A stretch of 64,000 nucleotides of DNA from an uncultured delta proteobacterium (GCA_963745835.1 CAVUZH010000001.1:64001-128000), one strand, 5' to 3'; shown: positions 22,371 through 33,048, counted from the stretch's first letter. The notes: a model not told the origin generated them from the letters alone. A program made the numbers and translations.

Positions 22371-23408
22371 GACTTATACTCGAATCCTCCATAGCTCATC
22401 TGGTCAAACGTGTCTTTGTAGGTGGGCAATTCATTCCATTCATCATTGAGCAGATTATTCCCTGAAGAGATGGTCGACGAGGTTTGACCAATATATTTAA
22501 TGCTTCCAAGCAAACAGCCGGATCCGAAAATCAATGAGAAGAGATTTTCTTGGCAACCTTAGGTTTCTGATGGCAGTTTCTACCTTGAAAAAGTTGTTTG
22601 TGATCTGAAAGGACGATGGCGCCATGCCTTTGACGTGACCCTACCGCAACCGCAAAAGCAAAAAGTCCGTGTTAACGTCAGCGGCGGGCAGCAGCCAAAT
22701 AGCGTTATCCTTATTCTCAGCCAAACATCCCTGTGGCGTTGGCAGCGGTTTGTCCTTCGGCTCTGTGCATTGAAACAAACCGCTTGAAACAAAGACCAAC
22801 AAAACTAATAACAACAAGCAAAACATTTGGCCGGGATTCTCTATCTCAGCTAGTTCTGCTTTGCGCCACACACTGGGCAATGTGCAAACCACCGTCGAAT
22901 GCGCGACCGACATCGACGGCAAACATTTGTTCGACCGCGCCTGACCAAAAGCACGGACGTGACGACAAGGAGACCAGCAACTACAGTTGAGAACATTTTT
23001 TACCAACCATGCTCGCGCAACCAGAATCGTAAGAAGGCGACTATCTCCTCAGGTTGGCACCCTCCAGGCACTTCTTAGATCTACCCATGCTCTGGCCAGT
23101 GATAACCCATCTGCCTCCGCTTCTTCTTTTGTTTTGAATATCGTGCCCTCGATCCGTTGTAGCTCGATAACAGAAGCGTTAGACGAACACCAGAAGGGTC
23201 AGACACGACGGCTTAATCCGAACAAGTTGTGATTTCGCATACGACGAAGCGATTTCGAACTCTGTTCGACGAATTACCAGCCGAAATCCGAAATCAAGCA
23301 CGACGGGCATACCGCCTGTTTCAAGACAACCCCAATCATCCCAGCCTACGTTTTAAGCCAATTCATGCCACGCAGCCCATCTATTCCGTGCGGATCAGGC
23401 AAGTTTAG

Positions 23409-23613
23409 GAGACTGGGAGACTCGGAAGACGAGACTGGGAGACGAAAGGACGAGATTGGGAGACGGAAGAGAGAGACTGGGAGATCTGAAGACTCGACGA
23501 ATCTCGATAACTCATTGGTCTCTATGAGTCCCTGAATCTCCATCAGTCTCCTTCTTAGACATCTCGATCAGTCTCGTTCTTAAACGTCTCAATCAATCTC
23601 AACGAATCTCAAT
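23409..23613. repeat. Bipartite degenerate tandem repeat: 4x ~21-bp GAGACTGGGAGAC units, then ~25-bp RTCTCNATCAGTCTC units
   Basis: Units start at 23409, 23431, 23452, 23473; complementary-type units at 23536, 23561, 23586. Confidence 0.85.
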
Positions 23614-23676
23614 CTGCTTGAGATCATTTAAGATCGGCTCCTGAACAGTAACAACCAGATCGCAAGCACAATGTGC

Positions 23677-23937
23677 TCAAGTTCCTAAAACGTCTTTATG
23701 AGTTCCAACGGCTGTAATGATAATGCGTGTTCCATCTCGAATATAGGTTGCCCTGTAGTTCATGGTGATGCTGAAGGCCCAGTGATCGGTACCCTTTAGT
23801 TTTTCATTTCTCAGACCAGGGTAGGATGGGTTGGCAATAAGTCTTTCTAGCTGATCCCAAAATTTTATTCTAACTTCTTTAGGAAGGGAATTGAGTATCT
23901 TAAGAACCGAATCAGGGATGACGATGTTAGTCGCCAA
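23677..23937 (-). CDS. Type II toxin, RelE/ParE superfamily
   Basis: 86 aa; L..NP.YPGLR.EKL.G, W.FSI..NYRA, VGTH; overlaps the upstream antitoxin. Confidence 0.8.
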   Translation of the reverse strand: MATNIVIPDSVLKILNSLPKEVRIKFWDQLERLIANPSYPGLRNEKLKGTDHWAFSITMNYRATYIRDGTRIIITAVGTHKDVLGT

Positions 23938-24202
23938 AGTGCTTCCGCGCCTCTTTCACCGATTTAAATGCCTTGAGCTTCCCCTTTTCTATGTTTTTTT
24001 TGGATCGGACAATCTGCTCCTGCCATTCCTTGCTCCAGAACCATGCCTGGTCCCTGGGAACCTCGATTATCGGGCGGATTACGATATTGCCTGCCTCCGC
24101 TATCACTTCCACGCGTTCTCCGACCTGCAAGGGAATTTTGGCTCGAACATCTTCGGGAATGGTAATCTGATACTTTTCCCTGACCTTAACGGTTGCGCCC
24201 AT
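23927..24202 (-). CDS. AbrB/MazE/SpoVT family antitoxin
   Basis: KYQITIPEDVR....VGERVEV...IVIRP swapped hairpin; DQAWFWSKEWQ. Confidence 0.88.
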   Translation of the reverse strand: MGATVKVREKYQITIPEDVRAKIPLQVGERVEVIAEAGNIVIRPIIEVPRDQAWFWSKEWQEQIVRSKKNIEKGKLKAFKSVKEARKHFGD

Positions 24203-24225
24203 AGCTTGTGACTCCTTTTCCGACC

Positions 24226-24275
24226 GTATTACTGTATTACTATACGATTTTATACAGCAGGTCTTTGCGGGTCAA
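24226..24275 (-). promoter_or_regulatory. TA operon promoter with candidate antitoxin operator
   Basis: Minus strand TTGACC-17 bp-TAAAAT, then direct repeat AGTAATAC AGTAATAC, then AGGAG SD. Confidence 0.65.
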
Positions 24276-24278
24276 GCT

Positions 24279-24435
24279 GTCTCGTTCTTCGACATCTCAA
24301 TCAGTCGCCTTCTCAAACGTCTGAACGAGTCTCGTTCCTCAACAATCTCGATCTTAAAGTCTCAATGAGTCTCTCTCTGAAAGTCTCCACCAATCTCAGC
24401 CTTCGCCGAAAGGAATCTCCATGAGTCTCGTTCGA
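24279..24435. repeat. Degenerate RTCTC tandem repeat tract (same ~25-bp unit as 23536-23613)
   Basis: ATCTCAATCAGTCGCCTTCTCAAAC, GTCTGAACGAGTCTCGTTCCTCAAC and further GTCTC/ATCTC motifs. Confidence 0.8.
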
Positions 24436-25116
24436 CTAACAACCGCGCTTGCGGCCAAGCGGCTTTTCGATATAACGGTCGCGGCTAACGCTCTGATATT
24501 TCTCTCGCCGCTGATCGGGCTGATTCTGTTGGCGATCAAATGGGATGACGGCAGGCCGGTATTTTTTGTTCAAGACCGGGTCGGCAGGGGACGGAAAAAT
24601 TTTCGCTGCTACAAGTTTCGCACGATGGTCATCGGCGCGGAGAATATGGGCAATAAAATGACGGTGACAGCGGATGACGAGCGCATCACACGGGTTGGGC
24701 GGCTCTTACGTAAGTGGACACTGGACGAGATTCCGCAGCTCTGGAATGTACTCAAAGGCGATATGAGCATCGTCGGGCCGCGACCGTGGGTGCCGAGCCA
24801 GGCGGCCTACTGCTCGGCAGAGGACGGCCGGCGCTTCGACTTTAAGCCTGGAATGGCGGGGTTGGCGTGGATTAATGGGCGCAATCGACTGCCTTGGGAT
24901 GAACGGGTTCGAATGGATCTTTGCTATGTCGATCACTGGTCGTTGTCGTTGGACTTCTCGATCTTACTAAAGGCGGCCGTGTTACTTTTTCGCCGCGACG
25001 GCGTTTACTTTCCGGAGGTCAGCGATGAGCAGGGAGTTAACAGCAAGAGCAACGAGCATGGAGCAAGGAGCGATGAGCTAAGACTTAGAAGTGAAACAGC
25101 TGGGGGTGAGACGTAG
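24421..25116 (+). CDS. Small phosphoglycosyl transferase (bacterial sugar transferase, PglC-like)
   Basis: [39 protein letters not shown]. Confidence 0.9.
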   Translation: MSLVRLTTALAAKRLFDITVAANALIFLSPLIGLILLAIKWDDGRPVFFVQDRVGRGRKNFRCYKFRTMVIGAENMGNKMTVTADDERITRVGRLLRKWTLDEIPQLWNVLKGDMSIVGPRPWVPSQAAYCSAEDGRRFDFKPGMAGLAWINGRNRLPWDERVRMDLCYVDHWSLSLDFSILLKAAVLLFRRDGVYFPEVSDEQGVNSKSNEHGARSDELRLRSETAGGET

Positions 25117-25140
25117 AGGTTAGGGTTAGGGCGATAGCTA

Positions 25141-25258
25141 GAGACTGGGAGACTTGGAGACTGTGAGATGCGAAGACGAGATTAAGAGGTTAGGAAATTC
25201 TCGCTTCGAAGCTGTCAATCTCAATGAATCTCGATCCTAATCTCAAGAAGTCTCAATT
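25141..25258. repeat. Second bipartite GAGAC/GTCTC repeat element
   Basis: Begins with the same 13-mer GAGACTGGGAGAC; ends with ATCTCAATGAATCTCGATCCTAATCTCAAGAAGTCTC. Confidence 0.75.
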
Positions 25259-25284
25259 GATTTGCTCAGAGATCAGAGATCGCG

Positions 25285-25386
25285 AACAGATTATTTAAAA
25301 ACACATATCGCAAGCTGCTCAAAAAGAGCTCAGATGCGCAGCGCGCGAAGAAGCGACGAGCTAGTGAGCGGCTGGATAGCTGTTAG
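25285..25386. repeat. MITE-like element, copy 3 (partial)
   Basis: GCAAGCTGCTCAAAAAGAGCTCAGATGCGCAGCGCGCGAAGAAGCGACGAGC resembles the left half of 17463-17618. Confidence 0.6.
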
Positions 25387-25465
25387 GTTTTGGGTATTCG
25401 GTAGTTCGGAAATTCAATACCCAAGACCCAGAACCGGAGAACCAAAGAAAGAGAGGAAAGACATT

Positions 25466-26646
25466 GTGGCGGACGTTGACATCATCGGTGGTTCGGCAGC
25501 AGGACTTTTTGCAGCATATCTACTCGCGCGAGAAGGCAAGCGGGTACGGCTCTTCGATGCAAATGATGTGTTGAATGTCGAATCGCGAACCTTGATAACC
25601 ACATCGCGGCTCACAGATGTATTAGAGTTTTTTCCAGAAGAGGCCGTGGTCAATGAAATCGATCAGATCGACCTTCACTCTCCCGGTCGATCAGTGACGA
25701 TCCTGATGAAGGAACCGGACCTGGTTGTCGAGCGATCAGCGGTGGTCCGGTTGCTGGCCAGGAAAGCGCGTGATGCCGGGGTAGAAATTCGCCCGGGCTG
25801 CAAACTGGTCGATTTCAAGCCGAATGATCAAGGCTCTACGATAACTATTCGAGATACGCATCAGCAGATCTTCGAGAAATTCAAAACCAGAATTTTGATC
25901 GGCGCAGACGGCACGTCGAGCAGGGTCGCCAAGACCGCAATCGGCAATGGTCACGCGACGACGCCGCTGCTCCAAGCGGTCGTCGAGCTCCCCAGCGGCT
26001 GGCGCGCGGGTACGACCCAAGTGTGGTTTGAGCCTGAGGATACGCCGTACTTCTATTGGATGATCCCGCAATCGCCGACTCACGCAGCGATTGGCTTCAT
26101 CGCTGAGGAAGGAAAAAGTGCCAGGAGCAAGCTCGAACGATTTTTGAATCGAATCGGATTTAAACCTGTGGAGATCCAGTCTGCGCGCATACCGTGCTAC
26201 TCACATAGAATGCAGCCGTGGCGCCGCATATCGGGTTGTCAAGTTTATCTCGTTGCCGATGCGGCGGCGCAGGTCAAAGTGACGACAGTGGGCGGACTGG
26301 TCACCGGACTCCGCGGAGCCAAGGCTGCAGCTAGTGCAATTCTAGGATGCAGAGATTACGCAAAGGAACTGAGGTCGCTGCGGCGAGAGCTGAGCCTCAT
26401 CTGCTGATCCGGAGGGTTTTGAACCGGTTCCAGGGCGCGGATTACGACCGGCTTCTCGGTTTGTTAAACGAAAAGACCATCCACTTGTTGGGCAGATACA
26501 ACCGCGACCAGGCGGCTAGCATCGTATGCCGCATCCTTCTTGCGCAGCCGCGATTTATAAGTCTGGCGGCCGTGTTGTCGCGAAAAGAAATAACTGAGCC
26601 TTACAGGAACGGTTATAAGTCAACAGACGCCAGACTTGATGCGTAG
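25466..26646 (+). CDS. FAD-dependent oxidoreductase, geranylgeranyl reductase family; frameshift near 26395
   Basis: IIGGSAAG, LIGADG, FYWMIP, LVADAAAQVKVTTVGGL; C-terminus continues in ORF 26347..26646. Confidence 0.78.
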
Positions 26647-26837
26647 TTTGGTGTATCCGAAGGTGACGATTTCGCACTAAGGCACCTGGTAATCGCATTT
26701 TGACCGGCCCGGCTGGGGAGTCCTCCAGACCGGGCTTTTTAATTTCAGCGATCAGCCGGTTCAAAAGTGTCGGAGGCCCGAGTGTCCGCATCAACGAACG
26801 CGGTGAGCTGGTCGTAAGCTTTAGTTTTCCTAGCTCG

Positions 26838-27269
26838 CTACAAAAACAGCATTGTCGCGATCAAGAGACATTCGACTAGCAGCAGAAATAGGTAAACCCA
26901 CCCGTAACGTCTCAGGTGATTGACGATTTCATATTTGCTCTTAAAGACCGGTGCTTGAGCCGTTGGGGCTTTAGCCGTTGGCCGTCGAGAAGGCCTATCT
27001 GCCGCCGGACGAGATGTCGGCCGGGGCTTGGCTGGCGGTTCAGCTTCGACTTTCCGGATCCATTCGTCATGTTTCCGTCGCAGATCAGGATCGGACAGAA
27101 CCCTGTAAGCCGCATTGATGATCGCCATGGTCCTGGACGCTCTCGGGTCACCCGGGTTTCGATCGGGATGGTACTTCTGTGACAAGGATTTATAGGCGGC
27201 GCGGATCACTTCGGGCGGCGCATCGCGTGCCACTTTTAAGTTGTCGTAGTGCGTGCGCACCTTAGGCAC
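26838..27269 (-). CDS. J-domain protein with C-terminal TM anchor
   Basis: HYDNL, KYHPD, INAAYRVLSDP; hydrophobic C-terminus. Confidence 0.85.
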   Translation of the reverse strand: MPKVRTHYDNLKVARDAPPEVIRAAYKSLSQKYHPDRNPGDPRASRTMAIINAAYRVLSDPDLRRKHDEWIRKVEAEPPAKPRPTSRPAADRPSRRPTAKAPTAQAPVFKSKYEIVNHLRRYGWVYLFLLLVECLLIATMLFL

Positions 27270-27501
27270 GGCTGTCCTCCGTGAAATCAGTGAATGGTTC
27301 TTCGAGCTGTATCATCGGCATTTCATTCGGACAATTGCTCCGGCTGCTCCGCGCAAGCTTAGTTTAGCAGAATGCACGTCCGCCTGGTTGACGTCTTGTT
27401 TGCCATCGCACCGCTGCATATTATGACCGTAAAACGGCGGGAAACCAGTATGAACGAAGGTTGCTGACCGAAATTTACATGAGTTAGGATGTAATCTCTC
27501 G

Positions 27502-27990
27502 ATGAATTTGCGCATTGAAAGACGCGCGGCTCTTCTCTTGTTTATCGGATTACTGGCGTTTATGACGCTCGGAGCAACGACCGAGAAGACCGCTTATTCG
27601 GACGTATCAAACAAAGTACTCAAGCAAAAGTCGCTTCAGCTCGTCCAAGACATCCGCCGCTTGCTCGATTCTTACAAAAAAAAGGACAGCGAGTTAATGA
27701 CCGAGTACGACAGAAAAGACCGGCCGAACACGAGTAAAGGGGGGGCGCAGGCATCACGGCAGCAGTGGCTGAAAGACTCGGACCTGGCTCACGATTCAAC
27801 CATGCGTTACTACAAAGATCATTACTGGGCCGATGCCATATTGCTGGTTGGCGAGTTAAACCGGAGGCTGTCGAAACGAGCAAAGCAGCCTGAGGTCCTG
27901 AGACTGTACCAACATCCCACCAATGTTCTTGGTCTGGCCGCCGTAGCTGATCACCTGGAGCTTCATTCCAAGTTATTGCCGGACTCCTAA
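27502..27990 (+). CDS. Hypothetical exported protein
   Basis: 162-aa ORF with signal-peptide-like N-terminus. Confidence 0.6.
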   Translation: MNLRIERRAALLLFIGLLAFMTLGATTEKTAYSDVSNKVLKQKSLQLVQDIRRLLDSYKKKDSELMTEYDRKDRPNTSKGGAQASRQQWLKDSDLAHDSTMRYYKDHYWADAILLVGELNRRLSKRAKQPEVLRLYQHPTNVLGLAAVADHLELHSKLLPDS

Positions 27991-28088
27991 AACCATCCTG
28001 CACGAGATTGCTCGAAGTCGGTCGAAGCGGGGCGCGATTTGAAGAGCTAACTTCAGTGTGTTATAAACAGCCTGATCGCGAGGGAGTT

Positions 28089-28298
28089 ATGAAACAAGGC
28101 ATCCATCCAGAGTACAAGCAGGCGCAGGTGATCTGTGCCTGTGGCTTTACAGTTGAGACCCGTTCCACCGTCGGCAACATCCACGTCGATATCTGTTCCA
28201 ACTGTCACCCTTTCTTTACTGGGAAACAAAAATTCATCGACGCAGCAGGACGCGTAGAGAAGTTCAGAAAGCGATACGCCCCCAAAAGCGAAGCTTGA
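28089..28298 (+). CDS. rpmE: 50S ribosomal protein L31 (zinc-binding type)
   Basis: [28 protein letters not shown]. Confidence 0.97.
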   Translation: MKQGIHPEYKQAQVICACGFTVETRSTVGNIHVDICSNCHPFFTGKQKFIDAAGRVEKFRKRYAPKSEA

Positions 28299-28350
28299 GT
28301 TCAGCGGAGGACTGGGGCTGAACTGAGAGACTTAACAGTTTCCGGCGCGG

Positions 28351-28390
28351 AAAGGGCAAAGAGTTGTCATCCTCTCTTTGCCCTTTTTTT
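28351..28390 (+). terminator. Intrinsic terminator after rpmE
   Basis: AAAGGGCAAAGAG / CTCTTTGCCCTTT stem followed by a T-tract. Confidence 0.75.
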
Positions 28391-28428
28391 ATCTTTTCGG
28401 AAACATCCAATTTCTCAGGTTAAATCTT

Positions 28429-29493
28429 ATGCTTGATAAACTGGCCGAAGTTGAAAAGCGCTACGAAGAGCTGGAACGTTTGATGTCGGATCCGGGCCTT
28501 GCCAACCTACAGCGGGAATATTCCAAGCTGGCCAAGGAGAGATCCGAATTGGAGGAGATCGTCGTCTCTTACCGTGAATGGCGCAAGGTCGAGCAGGAGA
28601 TACAAGAAAATCGTCAACTCCTTGAAGAAAATGACGAGGCCATAAGAGAGCTCGCCAAAGAAGAGGTCAACGCTCTTCGTCAGCGTGAGGAAGAGTTGGA
28701 AAACCGTCTCAAGTATCTGATTCTGCCAAAAGACCCTAACGACAGCAAAAACGTCATTATCGAAATTCGCGCCGGCACCGGCGGTGACGAGGCCGCACTC
28801 TTTGCCGGCGAGCTTTACCGCATGTATTCTCGCTACGCCGAATCTCGCGGCTGGCGCGTTGAGATTCTGACGTCCAGTCCGACCGGACTCGGCGGCTTCA
28901 AAGAAATCATTCTGATGGTCGAGGGAAAGGGCGCCTATAGCCGGCTCAAGTTCGAGGGCGGAGTTCATCGAGTGCAGCGAGTTCCCGTCACCGAGGGTTC
29001 CGGGCGTATTCACACATCGGCAGTGACGGTCGCGGTGCTTGCGGAAGCGGATGAAGTGGAACTCGACATAGATCCGAAGGATATCCGCATCGATGTTTTT
29101 CGCTCGTCGGGACCCGGCGGCCAGAGCGTCAATACAACCGATTCTGCGGTGCGGATCACGCACGTCCCAAGCGGCATCGTGGTGTCATGCCAGGATGAGA
29201 AATCACAGCACAAGAACCGAGCCAAAGGGATGAAAATCATGATGGCCCGGCTACTGGAAAAGAAACAGGAAGAACAGCGCTCGGAGATTGCCGCAACGCG
29301 AAAGCTGATGGTTGGCAGCGGCGACCGGAGCGAACGGATTCGCACCTATAACTTTCCTCAAGGAAGGCTCACCGATCATCGCATCAATCTAACGATTTAC
29401 CAGCTCGAGCGTATCATGGACGGGCAAATCGATGAGATTGTCGATGGACTGATCACGCACTATCAAGCGGAAGCACTGAAGGCCACCGGGTGA
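28429..29493 (+). CDS. prfA: Peptide chain release factor 1
   Basis: PVT motif, GGQ motif, RTYNFPQGR. Confidence 0.98.
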   Translation: MLDKLAEVEKRYEELERLMSDPGLANLQREYSKLAKERSELEEIVVSYREWRKVEQEIQENRQLLEENDEAIRELAKEEVNALRQREEELENRLKYLILPKDPNDSKNVIIEIRAGTGGDEAALFAGELYRMYSRYAESRGWRVEILTSSPTGLGGFKEIILMVEGKGAYSRLKFEGGVHRVQRVPVTEGSGRIHTSAVTVAVLAEADEVELDIDPKDIRIDVFRSSGPGGQSVNTTDSAVRITHVPSGIVVSCQDEKSQHKNRAKGMKIMMARLLEKKQEEQRSEIAATRKLMVGSGDRSERIRTYNFPQGRLTDHRINLTIYQLERIMDGQIDEIVDGLITHYQAEALKATG

Positions 29494-30420
29494 TGACTTG
29501 CATGGATACCGACAGCCAGGTGGTATATTCAACGTCGGGACCGCAGACAATCCGTTGCGTACTCGTTGACGCTACACAGCGACTTAAAGCGGCGGGAATT
29601 GATTCGGCGCGTCTTGATGCCGAGGTGCTGATGTGCCACGCGCTACAAGTCGAGAAATCGCAGCTCTACGTCAGTCTCGATGAGCCACTGGAGCTTAGTG
29701 CGCGACGTAAGTTTAGTGATATTTTCTTGATCCGCCGGTTACACCGCGAGCCGATAGCCTACATCACCGGTTGTCAGGAGTTCTGGTCCCTGGATTTCCT
29801 AGTCACGCCCGATGTCCTCATTCCGAGGCCGGAAACCGAACGGCTCGTTGAGATCTCACTGGAATGCGCCGGCGCTTTCGATCGATGACTTGCCCTTGCG
29901 AATTCTCGATATCGGCACCGGCAGCGGCGCCCTTGCAGTCACACTGGCAAAGGAGCTGCCGCGGGCGCAAGTATTGGCCACGGATGTATCACCGGCGGCA
30001 CTCGAGATTGCGCGCCACAATGCCGCTCGTCATCAAGTCGCCGATCGGATTCAATTCCGTGCCAGCAATTTGTTCGAATTAATCAGAGAGCATGAGTTCC
30101 ATCTCATCGTTGCTAATCCTCCGTATGTTAGGCGCGGTGAGCTCCCCGCTCTGGCGCCGGAGGTTGGTCAGTGGGAGCCGCGAACCGCACTGGATGGCGG
30201 TCTTGATGGACTCGATTACTATCGCCGCATCGTAGGCCAAGGATGGCGTCATTTGCTGCCGGGCGGTGCGTTGATCATGGAAATTGGCGCTGCTATGGGA
30301 CGGGAGATTACGGCGTTGTTGGGCGACGCCGGTAATTATACGCCGCCGCTCGTGTACCAAGATTATGCCCTTAAGGATCGCGTGATTGTCGCTCACGCTG
30401 CGTCGCCAAACTCTACCTAA
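29490..30420 (+). CDS. prmC: Release factor glutamine methyltransferase; frameshift near 29880
   Basis: [17 protein letters not shown] in one frame; [20 protein letters not shown] in the next. Confidence 0.93.
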
Positions 30421-30431
30421 AGCCACAACCA

Positions 30432-31700
30432 ATGGACAAAATCATCGTGCACGGCGGAAAGAGACTCACCGGTGAAGTCACTGTCAGCGGATCGAAAAAT
30501 GCCGCGCTGCCAATTTTAATAGCATCCTTACTGACGGCGGAACCTTGCCGGTACCAGCGAGTTCCTAATCTGGCCGATATCCATACGACTTTGAAACTTC
30601 TCGGCGGGCTGGGTGTAAAGATCGACAAAGAGGGGTGGGCTCAAGGAACCAGCGAACTAACTGTGCAGGCCGAAATGGTTGGCAAACTCGAAGCCTCTTA
30701 CGATCTGGTCAAAACCATGCGCGCGTCTTTTTTGGTGCTGGGACCTTTGACGGCTCGCTTCGGCCAAGCCAGAGTCTCAACCCCCGGCGGCTGCGCCATC
30801 GGCGCGCGTCCGGTCAATCTGCATCTCAAAGGCTTGGAAGCAATGGGCGCGCGCATTGAGCACTCCCATGGCTACATCGAGGCAACTGCGGTTCGGTTGC
30901 ACGGGGCAAAGATCTATCTCGACTTGCCCTCGGTTGGCGCCACCGAGAATCTCATGATGGCGGCGACGCTTGCCGACGGCACAACGGTGATTGAGAATGC
31001 CGCCAAGGAACCCGAGATCGAGGATCTGGCCTCTGCCTTGAACAAAATGGGCGGGAGAGTTCGCGGCGCAGGCACCGACATTGTTCAGATCGACGGAGTA
31101 GATTCGCTGCATGGATTTTCGCACGAGATCATTCCCGATCGCATCGAAGCCGGCAGCTTCGTCATCGCCAGCGCCATCACCGGCGGTGATGTTTGGATTA
31201 AAGGCGCGCGGGCCGAACACTTGGACGCTTTTCTGATCAAGCTGCAGGAGGCGGGTGTCGTGCTTAGCTGCGATCCCGGCGGTATCAGAGTGCAGAGAAA
31301 TGGCAAAATCAAAAGCGTTGATGTAACGACTCTGCCTTATCCTGGCTTCGCAACGGATCTGCAAGCTCAGATGATGGTTCTCATGTCGGTGGCTGATGGC
31401 GTTAGCGTTATCACCGAAACGATTTTCGAAAATCGTTTTATGCATGCGCAGGAACTGGACCGTATGGGAGCCCAGATCCAGCTCGAAGGCAATCGCGCCG
31501 TGGTTCGTGGCGCCAGGGAGCTGTCGGGAGCGCCGGTAATGGCGACGGATTTGCGAGCGAGTATTTCGCTCATTCTTGCGGGACTAGTAGCAAGCGGGTC
31601 GACTGAAGTCTCCAGGGTGTACCACTTGGACCGGGGCTATGAATATATCGAAGAGAAACTATCGAGCCTGGGGGCGCAGATCGAGCGGGTTAAAGCGTAG
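30432..31700 (+). CDS. murA: UDP-N-acetylglucosamine 1-carboxyvinyltransferase
   Basis: [30 protein letters not shown]. Confidence 0.98.
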   Translation: MDKIIVHGGKRLTGEVTVSGSKNAALPILIASLLTAEPCRYQRVPNLADIHTTLKLLGGLGVKIDKEGWAQGTSELTVQAEMVGKLEASYDLVKTMRASFLVLGPLTARFGQARVSTPGGCAIGARPVNLHLKGLEAMGARIEHSHGYIEATAVRLHGAKIYLDLPSVGATENLMMAATLADGTTVIENAAKEPEIEDLASALNKMGGRVRGAGTDIVQIDGVDSLHGFSHEIIPDRIEAGSFVIASAITGGDVWIKGARAEHLDAFLIKLQEAGVVLSCDPGGIRVQRNGKIKSVDVTTLPYPGFATDLQAQMMVLMSVADGVSVITETIFENRFMHAQELDRMGAQIQLEGNRAVVRGARELSGAPVMATDLRASISLILAGLVASGSTEVSRVYHLDRGYEYIEEKLSSLGAQIERVKA

Positions 31701-31748
31701 GCAGCAATCCACGTGGTTCTTCGTCTCTGCCAGGGAGAATCGCTAACC

Positions 31749-33046
31749 GTGAAGGTTAGGATCTATAAAACATCTGAGCCGGGCTATCGCTCTCTGATCA
31801 GGCGAATTCTTGCGCGGCGTGGCGGTCGTCAAGGCGACATCGAGCAGCGCGTCAATGAGATCATCCGGATAGTGCAGCAACAAGGCGATCGCGCGGTGCT
31901 GCGTTACACTCAGGAATTTGACCAGAGGCGCATGACTCGCGCCAGCATGGAAGTCACAGCTGGTGAAATCGACCGGGCGATGGGCAAAGTGCCTGCCAAG
32001 GATCTCGGCACTTTGCGTCTCGCTGCCAAGCGGATCGCCGCGTTTCACCGGCGTCAATTGCAGAAAAGCTGGCATTATCGCGATTCATTGGGAATGGTTC
32101 TCGGGCAAAGAATTACTCCACTGGAGCGAGTCGGAGTCTATGTTCCGGGAGGCAAAGCCTCTTATCCCTCAACCGTGCTGATGAATGTAATGCCGGCGAA
32201 AGTGGCAGGGGTTAAGCAAATCGTCATGACCTCGCCCATAGGCAACGATGCGGATATCATTCTAGCCGCCGCCAAAATTGCCGGTGTCGATCGGATTTTT
32301 CGCGTCGGCGGCGCTCAGGCGATTGCGGCTTTAGCGTTCGGTACTGCGACAATTCCCAAAGTAGACAAAATCGTTGGGCCGGGAAATATTTTTGTCGCAA
32401 CCGCCAAGCGGCTGGTCTTCGGTGAAGTCAACATCGATTCGATCGCCGGGCCCAGTGAAATCTTGCTGCTGGCTGACGATTCTGCCGATCCAGCGTATGT
32501 CGCCGCAGACATGCTTTCCCAGGCCGAGCATGACGAACTTGCCGCAGCTCTATGCATTACGCCGTCGATGAGTGTCGCGACAAAGATACAGCAGACGCTC
32601 GAAGAGCAGCTACGCCGGGCCCCGCGACACAACGATTACAATGAAGTCGCTACGAAAATTACGGGGCTATCCTTGTTACCGCCGATTTGACCGAAGCTGT
32701 GAGGATCGCCAACCAGATTGCGCCGGAGCATCTCGAGCTACTCGTTCGACAGCCGGAAAAATGGGCATTGGAGATCCGCAACGCCGGAGCTATCTTCATA
32801 GGGCCTTATTCGGCGCCGCCGTTAGGAGACTACCTCGCCGGGCCAAATCACGTGCTTCCGACGGGCGGCAGCGCGCGCTTTTTCTCTCCACTGGGCACCT
32901 ATGATTTTCTCAAACGAACTACGGTGATTCACGCCGAAAAACGCGCCTTGCGGGCTTTGGCTCCCAGGATTATTCAGCTGGCGCGACTTGAAGGGCTTGA
33001 TAATCATGCGCGCGCTATCGAGGCGCGATTCGTGAAGGAGGGGTGA
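31749..33046 (+). CDS. hisD: Histidinol dehydrogenase; two +1 frameshifts near 32630 and 32659
   Basis: GVYVPGG, GPGNIFV, AGPSE, SQAEH, APEHLEL, GDYLAGPNHVLPT. Confidence 0.95.
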
Positions 33047-33048
33047 CA

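Noticed and set aside
22380-23340. Intact genes in the spacer after VOC3 (ORFs 22641-23006, 22987-23232)
   Set aside because: Only fragmentary readings with internal stops and no family I can assign; treated as debris.
23409-23613. CRISPR array
   Set aside because: Units are contiguous and degenerate with no unique ~30-bp spacers, and there are no cas genes in the window.
23632-23641. att-site duplicate of the tRNA-Ala 3' region (GATCGGCTCC, also at 17818-17827)
   Set aside because: Only 10 bp, does not extend to ACCA, and no integrase is present; compatible with chance.
25120-25131. TTAGGG telomere-like or attC core motif
   Set aside because: Two copies only, with no matching RYYYAAC inverse core recognised.
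26555-26794. 79-aa minus-strand ORF after the J-domain gene
   Set aside because: No recognisable motif, and it overlaps the GGR-like C-terminus; cannot be supported.
29870-29890. Programmed frameshifting in prmC (and hisD, argB, argD)
   Set aside because: No shared slippery site seen; scattered single-base insertions are better explained by sequencing error.
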